This document shows positions 12,420 through 25,974 of a stretch of 64,000 bases of DNA, piece by piece. The position numbers were made by a program, and so were the translations under genes. Numbering within the stretch: position 1 is the first letter of the stretch; each line of letters begins with the position of its first letter. The stretch spans positions 286,137-350,136 of the forward strand of contig NW_019218098.1 of NCBI RefSeq assembly GCF_002571385.2. The letters run 5' to 3'. The notes below the pieces were generated by a model that searched no databases, was not told the DNA's origin, and worked only from the letters and a program-made list of their open reading frames with translations. This DNA comes from Stylophora pistillata (lineage: Eukaryota).

Positions 12420-13906
12420 TTAGGGATCAAGCTCCGATCCTTCGTATAACGCATATTGAAAATGATCTGCCATCGAGAAAAGAAGATTCATAAAGTCATT
12501 TTCCTCCTTTAGAAGATCAGCTTCCATGTTTTCTGTTCGTTTAGTGAGAACAGGCAGTCTTTTCTCCACGTTTTCCATTCGTTCCTCTGTGCTCAGGATA
12601 ATACTTTCAGAATTCAAACAGAATGGCTCTGCTTCAGAAAGGCACATGTTTACGAAGGTCGTCTCATCACAAAACAACCTAAATTCCGTCCGATTACTCC
12701 CTTCATGGAACATTTCCTTTACACATTCGCCAATGAAGCGGGCCATTTCAAGCTCTTCTGCACTTTCCTCGGCGTTTGTTTTGGCGTCGCCGTAAGACTC
12801 ATTAAGAACAGAAACTAACATATTCATTAGGAATATAGTTGTAGATAAACAAAACAAAAATGCAAACGTCGGACCAATAAAGGGTTTGTCGCTCCGCAGA
12901 GCTTGTAATGGGACCGCCTTTCCTAGCAGGAATTCGAATTGCGACATGACAGCATTGAGGTAACTAGAATACTCAAGGACTATACCACCAAATAAATGCA
13001 TACCTGTAACGACAAATGCATGAAACACGATGAGAAAGAAGAACACGTACGAGAGTTGATAGCCTACGGATTGCCGGAAAGATGAAAACAAGTAAATCAC
13101 GTGTGGGTTAAAACGAATAAGATTCAGAAGCTTGATTGTCACCATAAAAACAGCGACAGCGATAGATGCATTTTCTAGGTTAAGCCAATCCAAGGCTGTG
13201 TGAAAATTCACGATTTCATAAGGATTGGCTTGAATAGCTTTGATAGTTTTCAAAACAGTTTTAGCTCTGATCATATAAAATACTACAGAGGCCACAGAGG
13301 AAATGATCATGAAAAAGTCGACTACGTTCCAAACAGACTTGAAGAACCCAAAACGTTGTCTATAAAGGTGAAATAACATAACTATGAAGTAAAAGAGGAC
13401 CATTGCCATAAACAGAAACTGGCCAATTAGGAAAAACATCAGAGCTCCCGACTCAGTGCTGTACAACTCGAGTGTTTCAATTTTCCTCGAAGGGTAGGCT
13501 GCACCAGTAGCTTTGGCCTCGTAAAAGTATGTAGCGATGCTAATCAGGTTTGTATTGACATTGAAAATAGCAAACTCTAGAATTACAGCCCGAGTTTGGC
13601 GATCGAGCCATCCGTGCCCAATAGTTTCGTCTAGGACACCCTGTGCAGTACTTTCGTCATAACCCATGACAGCTACATAACCACCTCCTTCATATGAATT
13701 GTATGCCGCCTGGATGGGATCGTTGCGAAGTTTTGCTGCTGATTGGTATCGCCAAGGTTTCGGGCACAATTGGAGGGCATTTGGCCACGACGTATTCGGG
13801 GGAAGGGGCTTCCAGCCCGGAAGACTTAGATAGGTAGTGTCCTCACTGTCTGAGGAATAGTCGTAGTAGCAAGATGAGAACATTTTAGAAAGGGATCTGC
13901 AGGTAT
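12420..13906 (-). CDS. Gene B last exon: TOP domain, polycystin cation-channel TMs, Cys motif and coiled-coil tail
   Basis: Open ORF with YEGGGY, WLDRQTRAV, SQFEFLLG pore, FLMNMLVSVLNESY, TEERMENVEKRL. Confidence 0.92.
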
Positions 13907-16900
13907 CTTGAGGGAAAAATACAAAGAAACAAAAAAATGCATCTTTTAAAATCTTTAACTTCTATAAAAGATAATGAAGTGAAACAGAGAAACAAACCAA
14001 TAGTACAAAAGCCATTTTATAAAAAGTATGTATAGTATAGTACTAAGCCGGATTATTAAGAATCTCGAATGACTGTGATATTATAGTTGCTGCTGATGAA
14101 TTAGAATGTATGCTTAACTGACGCTGTGCCAGTACTGCTCCCTCAGAGATTAATACTCTTTGTTCTAGAAGACTGATAACTAAATTTATTGTCATTGTGA
14201 AAAAGCAATTGATTGTTAGGGTGAATCTTTAAGCACATTAGAAACCAAGGAATAGTGTGGCCATTAGAGGTTATAATTACTACCATGGACATGCAGATAC
14301 TCTTATTTGAATTGGTTCACGACATTGTGAACCTCTGATAGTCCTTCAGTTCAAAATATGGAAAAAGATTAAAAACCAATGTTCTTTTATGACTTAGTTA
14401 ATCATTTCGTTGACCATTTCCAATACGATGGAGGATAGATTTTATACACATATCTACTAATTCAAGAATTGCATTTGTCTCCTCACTTTACAACATGAGG
14501 CTTCTTCGGATTATTGTGAACGTAAAAATGATCAATTTCAACTGAGTTTACCTTTTTTAATTCTGAGCTGTCGCAACCGGGGCATACCCACCAGCATCGA
14601 CATCTTGTTTGAGATGTACACGTAATTTTTTTCTTTAAGTCCGTTATACCACGCCTGATTATAAATGTTTGATAGGAATTCACTCCTTAACCATGTTTCA
14701 AATCTGTGTGAATCATATACCTAAAATAAAAAGATGGCTATGAATGGGGTTGACATTGTTGTCTGCTAAGGTTGATATCTTTGTCAAATAACAAATAAAC
14801 ACAAACAAGAACAAAACAAAAGGCAGATCCTACAACACTATTCTTTGTTACACCTGATTTAAATAGAGGATTTTTTTGTTAAATCGAATTATGAATTTAA
14901 TGAAATGTGTTCGGATTCATTCACGGAACGAAGCAGCAACCATAATTGGCCTTGCTCTTAATATATGGCCTCGTACTTCAGTTAATAGTAGCGCCCAGCT
15001 GGTACGTGAGAGGCACAGATTGGAGTTCTGTCGAAGCCAGGTCATTTGAAGGCCTCTATTTTGCAATTTCTCTACTCGCAGCTCACCTGCGGTAATTAAT
15101 ACTTTATTTCCAATTTTAATCTTTCTTTAAAAGGTAATTTTTTTCAAGTGTGGGAAGGCTTTTGCAGGTGTTATGTGACTGACTTTGATTCCCACTTTTC
15201 TGTCCAAAAATCCACAAATCTAAAACTCTTCAACAGCATTAGGATTGTCTTGCAAAAGGATAAAAACAACAAAAATACTTTTTACTTGTAAACTAGAAAG
15301 TGTGTTTTGCCAAAAAAGAGTCTTACCACATTGAATTTAGAGAACTGATTCCTCGTCTCCGTTGTCATCAGAAAACGATTTCCATTTTTGTTTCCATAAG
15401 ATACGATAGCCAGAAGAAACATAAATATCAGATGAAGAATAATCTCTCTTGTCATGCTTGTTAACTGAGCTTCTCTTTTTGATCTCTCCCTCATCTTTTC
15501 CCGCTGATGTCTCTTAAAGCGCTGTTTGGGATCATCCCTCAAAAAATCAATTTCAATTGCATGTGGATCGATTGAAATTTCCTCTTTTTCTTCTTCAGCG
15601 CATTGGCCTTTATTCTTTCTGGTCAGTAGAAAGGAAATAACGATGACCGCTATCATAACTTTCGTGGGCTGCACAACAAAAATATCTTGTCCATTAGAAA
15701 TCAAGATTGAAGCAAGCCACTGCTCAGAGGTTTCCTTTCCCCACATTAAACTGTAAAACAGAGTAAACGTTGCCGCTGCCATGGTGGTACAGAAGCAGAG
15801 AAACCAGCCTAGATAGACAAAGAAATGAGGAAGCATACAGCCGGTATCCGTTATTTCATCCAAAAGTCGATGGGCCTCGTCTGTCACTTGGTATTTTTCG
15901 TTCCTTTTCTGCCTTGGTTTGCTAGACTTTAACAGGAAGACAATAATTATGTTTATGGGAGCAATAATTATGCCACTTTGTGCTCCGATGACTATCTGTC
16001 TCCAAGAAAACTAAAATGGGCCAACCTGTATAGCACCGTCGGATTCACCACCACTGTTATAGAACATGGCATTAGCTATCATTGCGCTAAACAGAACTGA
16101 AAGGCAACAAGAAGCTCTTTGCACACGTGTGAAGGTACTGCTACATGCTTTTCCAAACACCGACATCCACAGGTGACTGTCGACAATTTTTCTGGCAAAG
16201 CGCGAACAAACCTGAGCCGAGAAGGCGGAGTAAGTTGTGCTGTCCATAGTAACCTCTATCTGACCGTCGTCTTTCTCCAAAGCAAGCCATCTATTAATGG
16301 GGAATACCCACCTTTCCTCTGTCTGCCGGTCTTTGATGACCACAGTCTCTACAAACCAGGACGGATTATCTCCCGAATTATCGTGATCCAGAGTAATTTC
16401 TTTTATTGTACCAATGGATTCAGCCATCGCTAGAACGAAGCCGTTGATACTACCTCGTTCGAAAAACTCGCTCGTGTCCCCTTCCTCTCGCAATGGAATT
16501 TGACTCCGCTCGTTATTCTCGCCCTTGATATTAATGGTTATATTTGCTGTTGTCGCTGAATGTTTCCAAACGCCAGTGCTTATAACCATATCGTAGTAAT
16601 ATGTTCCTTCCTTAACAACTGATATCAATTTAGGAGGACAAATCTGAAAAGAATGATTGATTCTGGTGTGAAAATAATCCAAAATACTCATCTGAGGGTT
16701 GACATCTATCGGTAAGAAAGTATAAAGTTTGACTGCTGTTTCATTAGTAAGTTAAAAATAAAACTGTGTCAATTTATAAAGCAATGTATGAAGGAATAAA
16801 GATATCAAGTTAGGCGTACTAGCAGCCATGAACATACCTTGTCTTCATCTCTCTTGTCGGCTCTCCTTGCAAAGATTAAGACGACGAAGTACAGAAGGAA

Positions 16901-18369
16901 ACAACAAAGAATTGTCACAAGTACTGAGATATTGCCACTTTCAGCAAGGTTTAAGAACTCAGTAAATACTTTGTCAAAGTCAATTGGGTTTGGCGCTTGG
17001 ATGAAGTTTCCGCCAAAGGATGTCAAATGATTGCAGAGGCATACAAGATGCGTGGCGTTTGAATCTTGGCCGACCTATGGAGATAAATGTCATTCAAAAT
17101 TTCAGCTACATTCAACGAAACGAATTTTGGGAAATCGGAAAGTGATATTGAATATGGCTAAGTTTTGACAGAAGTTTAAAAAGCCGCCTCTGTCTAGGAG
17201 TGGCTTCTCGACTGTGAAATCCCGCAATTTCGTTATCAAAAATTTTTTTTGCAATTGATATATTTTTAATACAGAGTTAATAGGTTTCCTCGTTGTGGAA
17301 AAACAAGAATGATGCTTGAAGGACTTCATAATGCACATATTTCTCAGGGGTTAAAAAACGTTGCAATTATTTATTTTACCCTGCAACCTTCCGTAGCCCA
17401 CTTTTCTGTTTTCTCTGACCAGTACAGACAGCTTGATTGGGTGATGGTTAAAGTGTAGTTAACGTCTGTTTTTGGGTCATATTGCGGAAACATAGTTTTA
17501 AGGAATCCTGTCGGTGGTGGATCTTTAACGCCAACGCATGACCGTCTTTCGCGACGATGATCGAAGCATGATCTTCTTTGCCTTGAATGTGGACTTTCAT
17601 TCTCAGAGCCTTTGAACAACAGGCCCACGTAAAGGAAACCCGGCTTAGAAGGCGTCACTGTGACTGACCCATCTCTGGTAAAGCAGGTTGTATTAACAAC
17701 TGTTTGGTTGTTACATGAAGACTTGAACGCAAACGTAAATTTGTGGTCGAAGTCGTTCATCGTTGGTCGTTGTCCAAATTTAATCCGCAGTTCAATTTGT
17801 ATTCCTGCTATGGCTAAATCCAACTTCAGAGAGACAGGGACGTGGGCTAAGTCTGCGTAGTAGCTTCGAACTGATATCTCGTTAGGCTTAAGGAAATAAT
17901 GTTGTGTCCCGTTGCTGGAGTTTTTGGGTGGGTTAGAAATCGGAATGACGATCTGAATGTCGTTATCAAGATTTGACACATTTATCTTTTCCGCGCTGGT
18001 ACTTTTAAGCTCGAGACTTGTGACGCTTGATTTGATTTTCTTGCTACTATTGTCCCAGGTAAAAGGGTTAAAATCAACAGCCTGCATCTGAAATAGAACA
18101 CACTATCTTAGACTCTGACTCTTCAACTCTAACACCTAACTCTTGTGATGACTTCATCTAAGGTTGTTGAGACGTCAGTTGCGATTACTGGGACTTCATA
18201 CATGCAAACAGTCGAATACATGATAAGAAGTTATATGATAGGTTAAGTTGTTTGAAAGTATGGCAAATGAAATTACGGTATTCCTGGGATCCTTTTTAGT
18301 CAATTAAATAAGATTCAGTAAAGGAATCATGAATTTTTTATTGTCGATGAAATTATGTCCTCAAAAAAA

Positions 18370-18795
18370 AAAACAATTTACGTGATACGACTTTACTGCA
18401 TCTTCCTAAGGTCAAAACGAAAACTGGCCAAACAATTTTGCAGTATTCTGTAGCAGCTGATTGGGACAGCTTTCCTAAGTACATTAAAAACATAACCACT
18501 TTTTTAGAGATTTAGATGTTAAATCACATCGTTGCTCACTAACTAAGTTTTAGAGTTGATTTTTCTCTAGTTGTCAATATTTTAGATTTTTATATTTATA
18601 TTTGAATATAAGTATCCGATTTTTATATTTTAAGTTTGTATTTTAAGGTTTTTTAGTATATATTTTTAGAATTATTTATAGAGATAGAAGTTCTAGAGAG
18701 CATTTAATTATAGCTACACGTGGGTTGATACCAGCTTTTACTACGGTAATAGCTGATCCATTTTGTAGGGTAAATAAAGTTTCTTTCTTTTTTTT
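18370..18795 (+). mobile_element. 3' fragment of an L2/CR1-clade LINE
   Basis: Degenerate LHLPKVKTKTGQTILQYSVAADWDSFP resembles the ORF2 C-terminal WNxLP region; followed by a T-rich UTR ending taaataaagtttctttc. Confidence 0.5.
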
Positions 18796-21700
18796 CACTT
18801 TCTAAAACTCAGATAATATCAATAAAGATTGCTCTAACATTTTATCACACGAATAAAGTGCATGCAGTTTAATGCCTTAACGAACAACAAAACGTCATTA
18901 TCACCGAGCGATTACTTATGTCTTTCGTCTTCTATCATATTTGATAAGGTGAACTGAAATTAAGATAAGAACAGAATGTTACCTTTGCATTTATGTCACC
19001 ACCGCCTATATTTCCGAGGCTGCTCGGGAGTTTGAATTTACTTGGTCCATCTCCCATGCTGAGTCCTTTTGCATCATTAGCTGTGACCTTCTTCAGAGAT
19101 ATTGCCAAGTTTGGAGTTTGTAGGACCAGATCTTCTGATGGAACTAAGCGGCCAAAGAAAGCATCACTCATGCTGTTAAGTTTTTCAGAGGCCTTTTTAA
19201 CAAACTGGAAAGAAAGAAAGATCATTGTAAGCCATCACGTGTTTGTATAAAGACCTTTCGATTTCTTAGACTCGTAGTTTTCCTGGGCTGCTCTCACAAC
19301 ACCATCAACCAAATCGTCTAAAATTGTGGTAAGAAAAAAAAAATTCCAGTAACGGAATATGTGGGGAAAGAAATTTTCAATGTGGAAGTGGTGTTTCCGA
19401 TTCTACCTCTTGAGAAGGTGGCGTAACTAGCGATCTTGTGTCATCTTGCCCCGAGCCTGCAGCTGTCTTTAGAACATTTGTGAGACAGCCTGTAACACTT
19501 GTAGCTGTTTGTTCCAACGCCGGTGTAAAGGGCTCTTCTGGATCGTTGAGGGTGGAGATCATTATATTTGCCGTACTTTCAGTCAGTCGCATTGTCAATT
19601 CCTGACGAAAAAAGAACAACACCCATTTATTATTTTACTCTTTAGGCTATTGATAATTGCAGGTAAACGGACCACAGTGCTGGAAAATAAAAAACCGGCC
19701 GTTCATAAAATATCTACTTTAACCCAAGCTTCTTAATTAGGTTTACTTGTGAGTTTAAGTTCGTTACTTATCTTGTTATTATCTACAGGTCAAAATGTTT
19801 CATTAGTTTGTAAACAGGGGGAAAGAAAGAGCCCATTTTTGTCCATCGCAGCATGTGGCTTCATTGGTCGGTCGGCAGTCGAGTTTATCTACTATTAGGG
19901 AGGCACTAGTTATTAAACACCGTCAATATTTCAAATTTGTAAGCTGTAGCCTTCCAAAACGCATTCAATCTCAGGTTAATAGACTTGCAGCGGGGAATCA
20001 GTACGTTTCGCAGTACCATGCACAGGCCACAACTGATTTATCGTATCTGTTTGCGATAAAAAGTGTAGAAAAAAGGGGAAAAAAACTATACTTCTATGGC
20101 GCACCATGTTGTTGCTGCTACCGTCGACGTCAACCTCAGCCCCCATGGCTAAACTCACCACGGACATAACCATTCGAGACATTTCAAGACTCTCTGGTGT
20201 TATGGCTGTAAACTTCGTAATTAATGCGCTGGATATCTACCAACAAAAAGAAATGTGTCGAACATATTCAACGCTCACCCACCACATAAGATGAAAAGAA
20301 TCGCAATAAAAATGTGTAGTACTACAGCAAATAAGAACTTTGAAAAAGCAAAACAATTGATTGAACTTTAGCAGGGTATTTTTAACATACCAAGGCTTTG
20401 TCTTTGGGGTCTAGTTGTAGTCCACACTCGTTTTTCTCATTGGCAGACTTAAGGACGGATATGCCAAGTTGAACAGCTTGACTGAGTTCCCCTTTGTTGA
20501 GAAATCCATCAAGCTTATTACCTTCCAAGACTACAAAACCTTTTAACTTGATTGCAACGTCCTCGGGTGATGAAACACATAGATCGAGGCTAGATGATGG
20601 CTTTACCTGCAAAGAAAAAGTTTCAGAGAAGAAAATCAAAGTTTTGTTTCGGCGAAAAATAGTTCGTGGGCGTTTGAATTAATATTACATATATGCGATG
20701 GATCTTAGCCACGATGCTGTAGAACTGAGGGATCTTGGGAGTTATAAACTAGGAAAACTTAAGCGGTTAGCAGGCACAAAAAAGAGTCAAACATAATGTT
20801 TTATATAGATCAAAATAGGGAAACATGAAAATTCGCTGCTGAGTAACAACTCTCCTTCGCAAAAAAACATTTATCGATAGTCTCAATTACTACACCTTGA
20901 TAGATAATTTCTGTTCAACAGCTACTCCAACTGAATTCTTGATAACAATAGTAACTTGCAGTTGGAAATCATTTTCCGGCGATCCTGCTGGTAAAACTGT
21001 TGATACAGACGAGGGTGATGTGCCATAGGATATTGGCTCCTCTCCAAGTGAGAATTCATATGTTAGCGGTAAGCTCGTATCCTGCCAATCGAAGCACTTG
21101 AAAGTAAACTCGGTCTCCAATGAAACACCTTCAGATGCAGACGGCATGCAATAGCCATTATGTGGCTCTCCAGCCGTTTCAAAGAGTAGCACAGAAAAAC
21201 CGTATGTCCCCTCCCAAGATGTTACAAATAATGTGAGATTGTATTTTGATCTGGATGACAATGAATTCTTCTTGATGATCATATTGGTCGCATTTACAGC
21301 AGTTGAAGTCATATTGGGTAAAATGGGTATGTTTACCCAATTGTCTGAGCCATTGAATTTGGACAGGCGCCATTCATATTTGGATCCATTACAGGGAGAA
21401 TTAAGACATTCTGATGTCACACGGAACTTGTTTGAAGCAGACACCACTGGGCCGCAATCCACGAAGCATCTAAGAAAAAGGAAGGAAAAATAAACAAGTA
21501 AACCACTAAAGAAAAACATAGGCCCAAAATAGTAAATAATTTTGTTTCAAATTGGACAACGCGCTCGAATAATGTGTTTCAGCTGCAAAGTCATAGGACT
21601 CTTTTAAACCAGTACCTGCCCGTCATTAATGAGCAATTCTCTGATAGCTGCGCATCACGTTAGCCAAATTTTGACAAACCTAATGAAGCTCTGAATCCCA

Positions 21701-22887
21701 TTTGTTGCAAGGTTTCAAAGGTCTTGCAAGATTTTGATTTTACCTTTTGAAAAGGCAAAATACCAATATCATTGCTTATTACCGCTTCTTCTTTCCACAA
21801 GTAAAAATAATCTTATCTTTATAATTGATCGCCAAGTTTTAAAAAAAATCCAGTTTTACATGCATACGCGCGCTTGTTTTGAGCTACTCATGCAATTCAT
21901 CGAACTTAAGAAAAATTCCTAAGCTATGAATTATTTGCTTGTGAACACTGATTGTTTATACTTCGAAAAACTACCTGAGAGTAACCTGAGGTACCTCTCC
22001 AGCAGCTATCGCAAAGGACATTTCAGTAAAGGAACTTCTCACATCCTTGGACACACTCAGTCGCAGAAAGTAAGTCTTATCTATTTCAAGTTTACTAGGT
22101 TCAATTCTTATCACTGTGGAGTTTATATTTCTCTCGCCACGAAAAGAATCGAAACAAGTGTTGCTGACAGAGGTATCATTCCGACAAGACCAGGTGAAAT
22201 TTAGCCCAGTGTGTATTCCAGGGCCAATATCAGCATCGTAACTCAAGGAACCATCCACAGTTGCAATGTTTTTGTATCCCCACCGTACACTGCTTCCTCC
22301 ATCGATGATGGCTCGCACTGGAGCTGCAATAACCTCGATGAAGCCATAATCAAAAGCATTGAGTACCTGTGGGGATACTGGATCCCCAACTGTAATTGTT
22401 GCATTGAATTTGACTTGATAGATGCCAGCTGGTACGGATCGTCTTTTTATTGTCCACTCTGTCGTCCCTTGACTAACTATAGTTTCTAAAGCCGACTCGG
22501 AGACAGCTAGCTCCATTTCAGAAACCACACTCCATTCAAAGGTGCTTTTCAGTACAATTAAATCGTTATGCAGACCCTGTATCAGGGCTTCAAGGACACT
22601 TTTGACTGAACGCTGCACTGGTGTGGCGTGATACTTATCCTTTGAAATGCTTCTGATGGTCACTGAGAAATCTCCTAAGAATGTTAATGGAAAATACGTT
22701 TGCATGTATTTTTCAACCTTAAAGAAACAACAATTTCCTTCTATGATTTCTGAGGCTCAGCTTACTTGGTTATCAAACCTAGACACAAATGCCTCAAAGT
22801 ATTCGTACTTACTTGTTCGGCCGTAGGAATGCCTAAAACTTGAAATCAGCCACGTCCTCTAACATTGAAGTTTGAATTGAGTCTTAC

Positions 22888-25788
22888 CGTCAGCCTCACA
22901 TGATATCCCATCTCCAATGTAGTTTTTCCGGCACTCGCAGCTAAAGGATCCCGGATTGTTGAAGCAGTAAGCAACTCCATGACAGTTATGAGTCGATATT
23001 GCACATTCATCGATTTCTGCAGATTTGTAAAAATGTTGTTTAAAGCTTTAACACTGATCAATATGTAACAGATATTGATAACAAGAAAGGATACATTTGG
23101 AACAGGCAAATATTTCTACCGAGGCAAGTTGTGCCATTTCCTTCATATCCTTTAATACATGTGCAGTCAAAAGATCCAATTGTGTTGTTACAAACCGACC
23201 ATGGGTCGCAGTTGTGCACATTTGTGGTACATTCGTCAATATCTACATGAAAAAATGAAACATGCATTTGTTCCTGACAGAACCAGAGATTACTATCAAA
23301 CTTAATTTAAAAAAACGAAAGATTAATTGTTAAAAAAGGGACATGGGTAATAGAAATAGTAATAATAGTAATAGTAATAGTGATAGTAATCAAAGTTTAA
23401 TTTCTTTACGTGGGACATGGTTACCCATATTGCCTGAGCCAGAGGCTCATGTATGAAACGCAAGACAACAACTCGCCCATCCCACCCCAGGGGAGGACAT
23501 CCATCACACAGTAATCTCGTGCGTGAGAAATTAACGTCTCCTACCCCTAATCCTGCAGGAGACGGGACCTCCATTTATTCGTCCCTATCCGAGAAGAGAA
23601 ATGTAAACCATTTCTTGATGTTATAGAAAGGCAGCATATTCTTCTCAATTATTTTAAGAACTTGAGTGCTGGTCCGTCCGGGGCTCGAACCCTCGACCTC
23701 CCGCACATCAGGCCAGCGCTCTATCCATTGAGCTAACTGGGAGGCGGTTGACACCTCAACTACCGTTGAGGTGTCAGACAGACAGTGTATCCAGTCTTAT
23801 GAGTATCTAAATTCTGTTGAAACCGTTTCATCGACGTAATTTAGAAGTTTACAGGGAGGCTTAGCTATTAATTCTTTCAGAATGTAAACAATATACTCCG
23901 TAGCGGTAAGCCACGTACCATTGCAAAATCGTCCATCTCCAGAGTATCCAGGTAGGCATCTACAGATGAATGATCCATATCTATTAGAGCACTTTGCTTC
24001 AGGAGCGCAGTCATCTAGTTCATTCTTACACTCGTTTACATCTGTAGTTTAAAGATCATCAAGAAAGGGAATAAAAGCTTGCATTCATAAAGTGAAAAAT
24101 GAAGTTTTCTTCTATCAAATTGGGAAAATGGCCATTGTCTGTAACCATAAACAAAGTGTTGTATTTTATTTCAAGTTGAGGCGAGGAGGCAGGGATTTTA
24201 CAGAAAACAGAAACAGAAACTTCAATTCTTTAACGCGCTTACTTGTTGAGGCATGTGTACAAGTTCTCTATATGGTGATTAGTGAACTCTTCCATTTCTT
24301 GAAACAATTTTAAAATTGCAAATCTCCATACCGAGTTAAAAAACAAAAGGTAATCGTTTGTCTCACGATGTGGTCACATAGGATGTGGATCGATGTGATC
24401 TTCTTCAGACTCCATACTGAGTCTTGAAAATCCAGCAAAGAATAATTAGTACGCATTTATTAATATTAGCACGCACTATCTTTCTGCATGCGAGACGAAA
24501 TTAATTCAAGAGTTGTATTAAGAGCAACACTTTCTCTCTCAAAATAGCGGTAGTTATTCATATGCTGGTTTTATAGAGCCAAACTCAAACAAATCTTAAG
24601 TGTGCGAGGTGTCTTTGATGCCAATCTAGTTTTCCCCGTGCCACTTATACCAGCCATCTCTACCCGTTGGATCGTTACTGATAGAACGATCTCGTCGGCG
24701 TTAGAGACATTGTTTCGCATAAAGGCTGATAGTTTCGAAAGAAACTGTTTGGGGCTGCGTCGGTGGGAGTAACGAAATAATTTGGATATATCAACAAAGT
24801 TGAAATGGTAATTTGGCCACCGTAATTTATTCTTGTTTTTCTTGTTGCCATGTTCCCACCAATAACGTAGCTCCATTTTCTGCCTTTAAAACCACACACA
24901 ACCCACAATTCCTCTATTCGCTCCGACGAAGGGCTAACGCTCGAAACGTCAGCTTTTGAAATCGTTACGGTGGCCAATTTACCATTTCAACTTTGTTGAT
25001 ATATCCAAATTGTTTCGCATACCCTATTTAAATTCAGAGATAAAAGGTTTTCGACGGTTTTGTAAAAAATGATCATCATTCAAAGTTATCTATAATATAC
25101 CCCATTTGAGAAACTGGGAACGATGTCAAGGTATCCTTTGATGTCACAAGAAATGAGGGCTACATAAAGAGATAAAGTCGCGCTGAGCTGTATAAATATA
25201 AATGTATCAGTTCGGCTTAAAAGAATTCATGCACATGTTTCTTTGAAGTCATCTTCATCAATTTTACATGTGCGGATGTTTGACTATGGACTACGGACCT
25301 CTTCCGAGAAGAGAGCCAGTTTTCGAGAGATAGGCTCGCTGAAAACTGGGAGCTTCGGGATACACATACTTTCCAAGAAAACATAGTGGAGCATATTTCT
25401 GTGCTAGTGAGGAGGTAATGAGTTGGCGATCTTCAAATAGTTATCTTTTTTTGGCACAAAATTTTCTCGTCCATAACTCTTTGGTACGTCGGAAGAAGAA
25501 TTCCATTTTCCTAAAGATCAAAACAACGCAATCATATCTTGACATAAACATTACGTCTGATACGTCATAATTAATGATTACGGGATATCACTTTTCTATA
25601 GAGCCGGATATTACCGGTTTTAGCTGAGACAGATTTGATCACATAGAGTCAATCGTATATCATACCAAAGCAATCAAAACCGTCTCCTGTAAATCCTTGA
25701 AGACAAATACAATTGAATGAACCCACTGTGTTGTTACAATGCGCCATCCCGTGACAATTATGTGTCTGCTCTTGACATTCATCAACAT
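22888..25788 (-). CDS. Gene B four calcium-binding EGF exons (25788-25666, 24041-23919, 23242-23120, 23016-22888)
   Basis: [48 protein letters not shown]; 123/129-nt phase 1-1 exons. Confidence 0.9.
23347..23749 (-). mobile_element. tRNA-derived SINE, full length with (ATTACT)n-like tail
   Basis: Head with A box TAGCTCAATGG and B box GGTTCGAGCCC; core shared with the 26.1, 27.1 and 41.3 kb copies; simple-repeat 3' tail. Confidence 0.85.
24709..25021. mobile_element. Penelope-like element end (partially inverted pLTR) with 12-13 bp target-site duplication
   Basis: Direct repeat ATTGTTTCGCATA at 24709-24721 and 25009-25021; 24722-24825 is an inverted copy of the element end; sequence shared with the GIY-YIG-bearing copy at 60.5 kb. 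Confidence 0.85.
24920..24953 (+). ncRNA. Minimal type I hammerhead ribozyme motif of the Penelope-like element
   Basis: GCT-CCGACGA-A-GGGC-TAAC-GCTC-GAAA-C-GTC-AGC: 3-bp stem I, variant core, stem II, palindromic ACGT stem III, GTC cleavage triplet ending at 24950. Confidence 0.75.
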
Positions 25789-25974
25789 CTGCAGAAATCG
25801 TTCAAGATCACGTAAGTCCCTGTGTTTATCTACCCTGCCTATCCTATCTAACCTTATGTCTTTCTGTCTGTCTGCTTGTGTGTCTGCCGACCTGTGCTTC
25901 TTTTATTTCCGTCAGAGAGAGTATAGAGATCGTACTTCTTCCTAAATTTCTAATGGCCTGTGCGTGTTTCCTTA

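Noticed and set aside
12526-12795. Conserved antisense ORFs opposite the last exons (also 37310-37627, 59568-59888)
   Set aside because: Shadows of the conserved sense coding sequence.
14965-15110. Older tRNA-SINE remnant
   Set aside because: Too degenerate to call with confidence.
23670-23749. tRNA genes (also about 26305-26382, 27338-27415, 36945-37000)
   Set aside because: A and B boxes are present but there is no complete cloverleaf, and the first three continue into a shared SINE body.
24675-24977. Repeated small ORF [18 protein letters not shown] as a peptide family (also 36012-36356)
   Set aside because: It is the antisense reading of the hammerhead-bearing element end.
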